Origin: Candidatus Eiseniibacteriota bacterium
GTDB taxonomy: Bacteria; Orphanbacterota; Orphanbacteria; Orphanbacterales; Orphanbacteraceae
Assembly: GCA_016867715.1 (NCBI GenBank)
Contig: VGIW01000003.1
Location: 5,251 to 69,250 of the forward strand
Reading direction: 5' to 3'
Length of the DNA: 64,000 bases
Position 1 is the first letter of the stretch; each line of letters opens with the position of its first letter. The notes below the pieces were generated by a model. That model saw only the letters and a program-made list of their open reading frames with translations. It was not told the DNA's origin and did not search any database. The position numbers were made by a program, and so were the translations under genes. Positions 56,517 to 64,000 of this stretch are shown here, piece by piece.

Positions 56517-57974
56517 ATGGAGATGAAAGCGGGTCTCCAGCTTCGAATGCTGCAGACGCAGAAGCTCGTGATGACCCCCCAGCTCCAGCAGGCGCTGCGG
56601 CTTCTGCAGATGCCCACGCTCGAGCTCCAGCTCGTTCTCAAGCAGGAGCTTCTCCAGAACCCGCTGCTCGAGGAGATCGAAGATCTCGTCGAGGAGGAGG
56701 AGGAGTCGCTCGAGCGGGAGGCGGACGCGCGCGACGAGGAGGGGAAGGCTCCGGAGCCCGAGGCGGGGACGGCGCCGGACGGGGACGGGCGCGCCGAGAT
56801 CGACTGGGACGAGTACTTCCACAATCCGCAGGAGTACAGCTACTTTCGGCGGAACGAGGGGGAGTCGAGCGAGGATTACTACGAGCGGGTCCCCTCGACG
56901 ACCGTTCGCCTCTCCGAGCATCTCTTGTCGCAGCTTCGGATCGCGACCGGCGACGACGATCTTCTCCGCATCGGGGAGTTCCTCGTCGGGAGTCTCGACG
57001 AGCGGGGCTACCTCACGATGACCGCGGAGCAGGTGGCGGAGAGCGTGGGCGCCCCGCGGGAGCGCGTGGAGGAAGCCGTCCGTCTCCTTCAGACGCTGGA
57101 TCCCTCGGGCGTGGGAGCGCGCGACCTCCGCGAGTGCCTGCTTCTCCAGCTCCGGCAGAACGGGAAGGAAGGGACGAACGCGTACCGGATCGTCGACGAG
57201 CACTTCGATGCGTTCGTGCAGAACAAGTACCTCGATCTCGCCAAGAGGCTGAAGACTACGCCGCGCGAGATCCAGAACGCGTCCGCCGAGATCGGGAAGC
57301 TGAACCCGCGTCCGGGGATCCTCTACTCGGACGAGGAGCCGCGCTACATCGTGCCGGACCTAGTCGTCGATCGGGTGGATGACGAATACGTGGTCTACCT
57401 GAACGACGTCCACGTGCCGCGCCTCCGCATCTCGAAGGCGTACGAAAACATGCTCGTCTCGCAGGGAGACGCGGCGGAGGGAGAGGCGCGCGAGTTCATT
57501 CGAGAGAAGCTGACCGCGGCCAACCAACTGATCAACACGATCGAGCGTCGCCGCCGCACGATGATCAAGGTGATGAAGGCGATCGTCGAGCACCAGCGCG
57601 AGTTCTTCGACCGCGGCATCCGCTTCCTGAAGCCTCTCACGCTCCAGCAGGTCGCGGAGCAGATCAGCGTGCACGAATCGACGGTGAGCCGCGTCACCTC
57701 GAGCAAGTATGTCCAAACGCCTCGGGGAGTGTACGAGCTCAAGTTCTTCTTCTCCTCGAGCATCCGGTCGGAGTCGGGCGAGGACGCGTCCGCGAAGCGC
57801 GTGAAGGACCGCGTGCGCGAGCTCGTCGAGACCGAGGACCGGAAGAGGCCGCTCAGCGATCAGAAGATCGTCGAGATCCTCAAGAAGGAGGGTCTTCTCA
57901 TCGCGCGCCGAACGGTCGCGAAGTACCGAGAGCAGATGGGGATTCTGGCCGCCCGCTACCGAAAAGAATTCTGA
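56517..57974 (+). CDS. rpoN: RNA polymerase sigma-54 factor
   Basis: MTPQLQQAL, HESTVSR, RpoN box ARRTVAKYRE. Confidence 0.97.
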   Translation: MEMKAGLQLRMLQTQKLVMTPQLQQALRLLQMPTLELQLVLKQELLQNPLLEEIEDLVEEEEESLEREADARDEEGKAPEPEAGTAPDGDGRAEIDWDEYFHNPQEYSYFRRNEGESSEDYYERVPSTTVRLSEHLLSQLRIATGDDDLLRIGEFLVGSLDERGYLTMTAEQVAESVGAPRERVEEAVRLLQTLDPSGVGARDLRECLLLQLRQNGKEGTNAYRIVDEHFDAFVQNKYLDLAKRLKTTPREIQNASAEIGKLNPRPGILYSDEEPRYIVPDLVVDRVDDEYVVYLNDVHVPRLRISKAYENMLVSQGDAAEGEAREFIREKLTAANQLINTIERRRRTMIKVMKAIVEHQREFFDRGIRFLKPLTLQQVAEQISVHESTVSRVTSSKYVQTPRGVYELKFFFSSSIRSESGEDASAKRVKDRVRELVETEDRKRPLSDQKIVEILKKEGLLIARRTVAKYREQMGILAARYRKEF

Positions 57975-58007
57975 TCGGGGGATCGTGAGAGGGAAAGGAG
58001 AGCAGTG

Positions 58008-58541
58008 ATGCAGGTCTCGATCACGGCCCGCCACTTCGATCTGACGGAAGGGCTTCGGAAGCACGCCGAGGAGAAGCTCGAGCGTCTCTCCAAGTACGGG
58101 CTCCCGCTGCAGGAAGCCCATGTCGTGCTCGCCGTCGAGAAGCACCGGCACAAGGCCGAGGTGACCGTTCACGGGAACGGGTTCCGCCTGACCGGCGCTT
58201 CGGAATCGGACGACATGTACGCGTCCGTCGATCAAGCGGCAGAGAAGCTGGAGACGCAAGTCCAGCGGCGCAAGGGGAAGGTGCTCAGTCGGAAGCAGAA
58301 GGGCCATCGCGGGCCGGCCCCTCGCGTTCAGGTCGTGAGCTCGGAACGATCCGAGGAGGACCAGAGCCTGCGCGTTCTCCGCTCGGATGAGGAGACCGCC
58401 CCTTCCCTCACGGTCGAGGAGGCGATCCGCCGTCTCCGGGAGGCCGAGGAGGATTACGTCCTCTTCACGAATCCGGTGTCCGAGCGGCTGACGGTCGTTC
58501 TTAGGCGGAAGGACGGCGACTACGGCGTGATCGAGGTCTAG
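58008..58541 (+). CDS. hpf: Ribosome hibernation promoting factor (long HPF)
   Basis: ITARH, DMYASVD..KLE.Q, C-terminal VLRRKDGDYGVIE. Confidence 0.9.
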   Translation: MQVSITARHFDLTEGLRKHAEEKLERLSKYGLPLQEAHVVLAVEKHRHKAEVTVHGNGFRLTGASESDDMYASVDQAAEKLETQVQRRKGKVLSRKQKGHRGPAPRVQVVSSERSEEDQSLRVLRSDEETAPSLTVEEAIRRLREAEEDYVLFTNPVSERLTVVLRRKDGDYGVIEV

Positions 58542-58547
58542 CGGCGG

Positions 58548-59492
58548 ATGCGGGGCATATCCGTTCAACGCTTCTTCGACGAGAAGAAGGACGAGTTCCA
58601 GCTCGAGGCGCTTACCGAGAGCCTCGCGGCGGCGCGCCCGATCACGGTGAGCGATGTCAACCGGCCCGGACTCGCCCTCGCCGGCTTCACGGCGAACTTC
58701 CTCGCCGATCGGATCCAGATCCTGGGTGAGACGGAGATGCTCCTTCTCGAGACGTTCGAGGAGAGAGAGCGAATTCGGGCGATTGATCGTCTGTTCGATC
58801 ACGATCTTCCGTGCGTCATCGTGGCGAAGGGTCTCGTGTTCCCCTCGTATCTCGTCGAGCGAGGGACGCGGGCGGGCGTTCCGATTCTCCGGACCCCGTT
58901 TTCCACCACTCCCTTTATTCATCAACTGACGGAGTACCTCGAGCACCTGTTCGCGCCGCTCACGCACATCCACGGGAGTCTCGTCGATGTCTACGGCGTG
59001 GGTCTCCTCCTCACTGGGGAGAGCGGGATCGGGAAGAGCGAGTGCGCGCTCGATCTCGTCGAGCGGGGGCACCGGCTGGTCGCGGACGATCTCGTGATCG
59101 TGACGCGGCGAAGAAGCGAGCTCGTCGGCGAGGCGAGCGAGCGCCTCCGGGACCACATGGAGATCCGCGGGATCGGGATCATCGATGTCGGCCGGATGTT
59201 CGGGATCCGCGCGGTCGCGCGGCGGAAGGAGATCTCCGTGGAGGTCCGGCTGAAGGAGTGGGCGGGAGACGTCGACTACGACCGTCTGGGCCTCGAGGAG
59301 AAGATGACGACCATTCTCGGGGTGAAGATCCCGGTCGTGACCATTCCCATCATCCCGGGGAAGAACATCACGGTGCTGGTGGAGGTCGTCGCGATGAACC
59401 ACCTGCTGCGCGTGCACGGGATCCGTCCGGCGGAGCTCCTGAACGACAGCCTGATCCACGCGATGAAGCGGCCGGAAGAGGGCCGGCCGTAG
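58548..59492 (+). CDS. hprK: HPr kinase/phosphorylase
   Basis: RPGLALAG, GESGIGKSECAL, LVADD, MEIRGIGII. Confidence 0.95.
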   Translation: MRGISVQRFFDEKKDEFQLEALTESLAAARPITVSDVNRPGLALAGFTANFLADRIQILGETEMLLLETFEERERIRAIDRLFDHDLPCVIVAKGLVFPSYLVERGTRAGVPILRTPFSTTPFIHQLTEYLEHLFAPLTHIHGSLVDVYGVGLLLTGESGIGKSECALDLVERGHRLVADDLVIVTRRRSELVGEASERLRDHMEIRGIGIIDVGRMFGIRAVARRKEISVEVRLKEWAGDVDYDRLGLEEKMTTILGVKIPVVTIPIIPGKNITVLVEVVAMNHLLRVHGIRPAELLNDSLIHAMKRPEEGRP

Positions 59493-59524
59493 GCCCGGTG
59501 CGGTTCGCCGAGAGGATGCGCGCG

Positions 59525-59803
59525 ATGACCGAGCAGACGGTGCTCGTCCGGAACAAGCTCGGGATCCACGTGCGGCCGGCGGAGCGGATCGCCCAGACGG
59601 CGAATCGGTTTCTCTCGAAGATCGGGCTAAAGAACGGCGAGTGCCGCGTGAACGCGAAGAGCATCCTCGGGATTCTCGCCCTCGAGGCGGGACTCGGAAC
59701 GGAGATCACGATCGCCGCGGACGGTCCCGATGAGCGAGACGCGGCGGCTGCGATCGCGGCGCTCTTCGAGGCGGGGTTCGGGGAGGAGCTCGGAGAGACG
59801 TGA
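59525..59803 (+). CDS. ptsH: Phosphocarrier protein HPr
   Basis: NKLGIHVRPA (His15), NAKSILG (Ser46). Confidence 0.93.
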   Translation: MTEQTVLVRNKLGIHVRPAERIAQTANRFLSKIGLKNGECRVNAKSILGILALEAGLGTEITIAADGPDERDAAAAIAALFEAGFGEELGET

Positions 59804-61596
59804 AAGGACGAAGCTCGGCGGGAAGACGGAAGGCGCGGAAGGGCCAGGTGCAGATGCGCGGGCTTCCGGTCTCGCCGGGGATTGCCGTTGGAGAGGTCTT
59901 CGTCCTCGACGCGCGCGACCTTGACATCGAGGAGGTTCGGATCGCCCCCGAGGAGATCGAGAGGGAGGAGAAACGGCTTCTCGAAGCGATCGCGGAGACG
60001 CGCGATGAAGTCCTCAAGATACGGACCCGCTATCGCTCGATCGTCGGCGAGGATCTCGTCCGCGTCTTCGACGCTCAGATTCTGCTCCTCGAGGACGAGG
60101 CCGTTCTCGACGCCGCCCTCGCCGAGATCCGGGAGGAGAGGCGAAGCGCGGCGGCGGCGGCGCACCATGCGTTCGCGCGCGCGATCGAGACCCTGACCCG
60201 CACGGAGAACGAATACCTCCGCGACCGCGCCGAGGACGTGAAGGACGTCCGGCGGCGTCTTCTCCATCATCTCCACGGAGGCCGGCGCCGCTCGTTCGCT
60301 CACATCGACAAGAACGTGATCCTCGTCGCCGACGATCTCACCCCGTCGGAAACCGTGCAGCTTCCGCGCAGCAAGGTGAAAGGGTTCGCGACGCGGCAGG
60401 GGGGACGCACCTCGCATACCGCGATCATGGCCCGATCCCTGCAGATTCCCGCGGTCGTCGGGGTCGAGGAGATACTCGAGGAAGCGGAGCACCGGGATCG
60501 GATCATCGTGGACGGGAGCGAAGGGATCGTCGTTCTCCGTCCCGAAGCCGATCTCCTTCGCGGCGCGAGAAGCCGCCAGCGCCGCTACATGGAAGTCTCG
60601 CGCGAGCGCCTTCGCCTCCGCGATCTCCCTTCGGTCACTCGGGACGGGGTGGAGATCCGCCTCTTCGCCAACGTGGACGTCCCGGAGGAGGTCCCGCTCG
60701 CGATCGAGAACCGCGCGCGCGGGATCGGGCTCTTCCGAACCGAGTTCCTTTACTTTCGCGACGTCGAGATCGCGCGCGAGGAGGCGCAGACCACCGTCTA
60801 TCGCAAGATCCTACGGCGCGTCTCCCCGGATCCGGTCGTCTTCCGAACGCTCGACGTGGGAGGGGACAAGGTCCTCGATCCTCTTTCCGCGCCGATGGAG
60901 CCGAACCCGATGCTCGGCTGGCGCGGGATCCGCATCTCGCTCGAGCTTCGCGATCTCTTCCGGGTGCAGGTGCGCTCCCTTCTGCGCGCCTCGACCGTGG
61001 GGAACCTCTCGATTCTCCTTCCGATGATCTCGACGCTCGACGAGGTGCTCGAGGCGAAGCGTCTGATCGCCGATGCGCGCGAGGAGGTGCGCCTCGAGGG
61101 TGTGCGGCTTCCTGAGAAGATCCGCGTCGGCGCGATGATCGAGACTCCAGGGGCGGTCTTCCTCGCCCCGCACATCGCGCGCGAGGTGGACTTCTTCAGC
61201 ATCGGAACCAACGACCTGATCCAGTACAGCCTTGCGGTCGATCGAGACAACGTGAAGGTGGCCCATTTGTTCGATCCGTTCCATCCGGCGGTGAGCGCTA
61301 TGGTCAAGCTTGTGCTCGATGCGGCGCGCGACGCGGAGATCCCCGTGTCGATCTGCGGGGAGATGGCGGGAGAGCCGCTCTGCGCGATTCTCCTCATCGG
61401 TCTCGGGGCGCGCGAGCTCTCGGTCCACCCGTATCTCATCCTGGAGCTGAAGCGGATCTTCTCTCTGATGGAAACCGGCGAGGCGCGCGCGCTCGCGGAG
61501 GAAGCGCTCCGGATGCCATCGGCCGGGCGCGTGCGGGAGGCGGTGGAACAGTTCCTTCACGACCTGGAGGTTCGAGGCGAAAGGGAGAAGGGATGA
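59800..61596 (+). CDS. ptsI: PTS enzyme I
   Basis: GGRTSHTAIMARS, GLFRTEF, EPNPMLGWRGIR, SIGTNDLIQY, CGEMAG. Confidence 0.95.
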   Translation: MKGRSSAGRRKARKGQVQMRGLPVSPGIAVGEVFVLDARDLDIEEVRIAPEEIEREEKRLLEAIAETRDEVLKIRTRYRSIVGEDLVRVFDAQILLLEDEAVLDAALAEIREERRSAAAAAHHAFARAIETLTRTENEYLRDRAEDVKDVRRRLLHHLHGGRRRSFAHIDKNVILVADDLTPSETVQLPRSKVKGFATRQGGRTSHTAIMARSLQIPAVVGVEEILEEAEHRDRIIVDGSEGIVVLRPEADLLRGARSRQRRYMEVSRERLRLRDLPSVTRDGVEIRLFANVDVPEEVPLAIENRARGIGLFRTEFLYFRDVEIAREEAQTTVYRKILRRVSPDPVVFRTLDVGGDKVLDPLSAPMEPNPMLGWRGIRISLELRDLFRVQVRSLLRASTVGNLSILLPMISTLDEVLEAKRLIADAREEVRLEGVRLPEKIRVGAMIETPGAVFLAPHIAREVDFFSIGTNDLIQYSLAVDRDNVKVAHLFDPFHPAVSAMVKLVLDAARDAEIPVSICGEMAGEPLCAILLIGLGARELSVHPYLILELKRIFSLMETGEARALAEEALRMPSAGRVREAVEQFLHDLEVRGEREKG

Positions 61597-62693
61597 AGGA
61601 TTGGCGGGCTCTCCGAGAGCGCCACGACCGCGCGGACATGTTCGATCGGATCCGCGGTCTTCCGGAACAGATCGAGGACGCGGTCGCGCGGTTCCGCGTG
61701 GAAGGCGCGGAGCCGGAGGGGTCGGACCTCCGCAATGTTCTCCTCCTCGGGATGGGGGGTTCGGCGATCGGCGGCGAGATCGCGGCGGCGCTCCTTCGGC
61801 CGACGGCCGGAATCCCCGTGTGCGTCGTGCGAGGCCCCGAGGTCCCCGCATGGTGCGGTCCCGACACGCTCGCCCTGGCGGCGAGCTACTCCGGAGAGAC
61901 CGAAGAGACGGCGGCGGCGGCGGCGCGCGCGCTCGAGCGGGGAGCGCGGCTCGCGGTCGTCGCGTCGGGGGGGGAACTTCTCGCGCGCGCAGAGGCGCGG
62001 GGCCTGCCGCGCGTTTCGATCCCGTCCGGTTTCCCGCCGCGCGCGGCGATCGGCTACCTCGCCGCTTCGGTCCTCCTCCTTCTCGAGAGGGCGGGGGTCG
62101 GGTCGGAGGATGGGCGCGCGCTCCGGGACGCTGCCAGGCTCCTCGGCGCACAGCGCGACGAATGGAAGCTCGGCGGCGCGCCTTGCGAGAGCGCTCCCGC
62201 CGAGGCCGCGCGCTCTCTCTTCGGGCTTGTTCCGTACGTGTACTACGCGGAGGGGGAGATGGCCCCGGTCGCGGCGCGCTGGTGCGGCCAACTCGCCGAG
62301 AACGCGAAGACGCTCGCGCATCGCGCGGCGTTTCCGGAGGCGAACCACAACGAGATCGTCGGGTGGGAAAGGGCGGACGGGATCCCGCCGATCGGGCTCG
62401 TCCTTCTCACGAGCGAGGCGGATCCGCCGAGCGTCCGGCGGGGAATGGAGGGGGCGCTCCGCATGATGAAGGAAAGCGCGCGGATCGTTCTTTGCCACGT
62501 CCCTCGCGGAGACCGGCCGCTCGCGCGCATCCTCTCCGGAATCTACTTCGGTGATTTCGTGAGCTACTTCCTCGCTCTTCTTCACGGAGTCGATCCCACA
62601 CCGGTTCTCTCGATCGACCGCTTGAAGCTGGAACTCGCGGCGGAGCGCGGAGGGAAACGCGCCGACGGGCGAGACGGGAGGGAGCGGCTGTGA
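61593..62693 (+). CDS. Bifunctional phosphoglucose/phosphomannose isomerase
   Basis: GMGGSAIGG, SYSGETEET, QLAENAK, PEANHNE. Confidence 0.88.
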   Translation: MKDWRALRERHDRADMFDRIRGLPEQIEDAVARFRVEGAEPEGSDLRNVLLLGMGGSAIGGEIAAALLRPTAGIPVCVVRGPEVPAWCGPDTLALAASYSGETEETAAAAARALERGARLAVVASGGELLARAEARGLPRVSIPSGFPPRAAIGYLAASVLLLLERAGVGSEDGRALRDAARLLGAQRDEWKLGGAPCESAPAEAARSLFGLVPYVYYAEGEMAPVAARWCGQLAENAKTLAHRAAFPEANHNEIVGWERADGIPPIGLVLLTSEADPPSVRRGMEGALRMMKESARIVLCHVPRGDRPLARILSGIYFGDFVSYFLALLHGVDPTPVLSIDRLKLELAAERGGKRADGRDGRERL

Positions 62694-63667
62694 AAGCGAT
62701 CATCCCGTTGGCGGGGGCGGGTCGCCGCCTCAAGCCGCAGACGCACACGATGCCGCAGGCTCTCCTCAACGTGGCCGGCAAGCCGATCCTCGGGCACATT
62801 CTGGACGAGCTCCTCGAGGCGGGGGTCGATCACGCGATTCTGGTGGTGGGAAGGCTCGGGGATCCGATCCGGTCGTATGTTACCTCGCGGTATCGCATCC
62901 CGTTCGACTTCGTGGAGCAGAAGGAGAGGAAGGGGATCGGGCACGCGATCTACCTCGCGCGGAACTACGTCGATCCGGACGAACCGGTCCTCATCGTGCT
63001 CGGCGACACGATCTTCAAGGCGGACTTCGAGTCGGTGATCGGCGGCCCGATGAACGCGATCGGCGTGCGCGCGGTCGAGGACCCTTCCCGTTTCGGCGTC
63101 GTCCAACTGAGAGATCAGAGGATCGCGCGGCTCGTCGAGAAGCCCGAATCTCCTGTCTCGAACCTCGCGATCGTCGGGATCTACTACTTCGTCCGATCCG
63201 GAAGGCTCTTCGAAGCGCTCGCCGAGATCGTCGAGGGGGAACGCGAGCCGCGCGGGGAAATCTACTTGACGGAGGCGATCGAGAGGATGATCGAGAAGGG
63301 CGAGCCGATCCGCGCCGTGACCGTGAACGGCTGGTTCGATTGCGGCGAACCCGACTCGCTCCTCCAGACCAATCGGTTTCTTCTCGAGGAAGAAGCCGCG
63401 CGCGTCGAGGTCGAGGGCTCGATCATCATCCCGCCGGTGTACCTCGCATCGTCCGCGAGCGTCGTCCGATCCGTGATCGGCCCCTACGTCACCGTCGGAG
63501 AGGAAGCCGCGATCACCGACTCGATCGTGCGGGACTCGATTGTGAACGAGCACGCGGTGATCGAGAACTGCCTCCTGGATCGGTCGCTCGTCGGTCTCTA
63601 CGCGGTCGTTCGGGGAAAGTTCCAGCGCCTGAACGTCGGCGACTCCTCCGAGGTCGATTCTCGATAG
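62690..63667 (+). CDS. Sugar-phosphate nucleotidyltransferase (long glucose-1-P thymidylyltransferase type with LbH tail)
   Basis: [28 protein letters not shown], hexapeptide C-terminus. Confidence 0.88.
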   Translation: MKAIIPLAGAGRRLKPQTHTMPQALLNVAGKPILGHILDELLEAGVDHAILVVGRLGDPIRSYVTSRYRIPFDFVEQKERKGIGHAIYLARNYVDPDEPVLIVLGDTIFKADFESVIGGPMNAIGVRAVEDPSRFGVVQLRDQRIARLVEKPESPVSNLAIVGIYYFVRSGRLFEALAEIVEGEREPRGEIYLTEAIERMIEKGEPIRAVTVNGWFDCGEPDSLLQTNRFLLEEEAARVEVEGSIIIPPVYLASSASVVRSVIGPYVTVGEEAAITDSIVRDSIVNEHAVIENCLLDRSLVGLYAVVRGKFQRLNVGDSSEVDSR

Positions 63668-63809
63668 CAGCTTCCGAGCGCGTGCCCGCCGCCGGTTTGC
63701 GCCGTTTCGCCCGAACCGCCGGCGCGTGGTACACTCCCCGGGAGCGCTTCCACCCGAATCGTGGATCCGAAGAGGCGCTTCAGAGATGCCGTCCGAGAGG
63801 AGACGCGGA

Positions 63810-64000
63810 ATGCGAACGGAAACCGATGGAAAGTTCAAGGTGAAAGATCTTTCGCTCGCGGGCGATGGGATGAAGAAGATCGAGTGGGCCGAGTCGCGGA
63901 TGCCGGTTCTCATGCATCTCAGGCGCCGCTACGAAAAGGAGAAGCCGCTGAAGGGGGCCCGCATCGCGGGGTGTCTTCACGTGACGAAGGAGACGGCGGT
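63810..64000 (+). CDS. ahcY: Adenosylhomocysteinase (3'-truncated by window edge)
   Basis: Not in the ORF track; GAGGAG RBS; translates [34 protein letters not shown]...[18 protein letters not shown]. Confidence 0.93.
   Translation, partial: MRTETDGKFKVKDLSLAGDGMKKIEWAESRMPVLMHLRRRYEKEKPLKGARIAGCLHVTKETA

Noticed and set aside
63736-63809. Canonical SAH riboswitch call
   Set aside because: Conserved core segments are missing; kept only as a candidate finding

Overview
High-GC, gene-dense bacterial chromosome segment with almost every real gene on the + strand. The long minus-strand ORFs are antisense shadows. Gene content (KDO/LPS, BamD, PorV-like barrel, GWxTD protein, split GcvPA/PB, HprK-HPr-EI, RpoN) suggests a diderm of the FCB/Latescibacterota-Eisenbacteria neighbourhood (inference). 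Layout: purE-tsaC; a ~3.9 kb lower-GC accessory island (TIR-domain protein, decayed nucleotidyltransferase pair, DUF4357/GIY-YIG gene gutted by a ~264 bp MITE-like element, intact GIY-YIG nuclease); LMW phosphatase, rpiB-glyA fusion, nrdR, tatC, suhB, DUF92, HU, tmk, rpoZ, ROK kinase; meaB, a B12 acyl-CoA mutase with isobutyryl-CoA mutase signature, and beta-oxidation genes; uvrA; glycine cleavage; orphan oppD/F; a TonB-dependent receptor / T9SS-like CTD protein / PorV-like / GWxTD / ExbB-ExbD-ExbD-TonB envelope locus; Yip1-TolC-ABC; NlpC/P60; bamD, nadD, RNase G/E, rplU, rpmA; kdsB-pyrG-kdsA-kdsD; lpxL-like, lptC, lptB, rpoN, hpf, hprK, ptsH, ptsI, pgi/pmi, NDP-sugar transferase and partial ahcY. 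Best leads: the TBDR-CTD-PorV-GWxTD-ExbBD/TonB module, the TIR protein island, a YTAG-targeting MITE family with dispersed copies, and a consensus sigma54 site overlapping a sigma70 -35 upstream of the lpt-rpoN operon. All family assignments come from motif recognition, not database searches.
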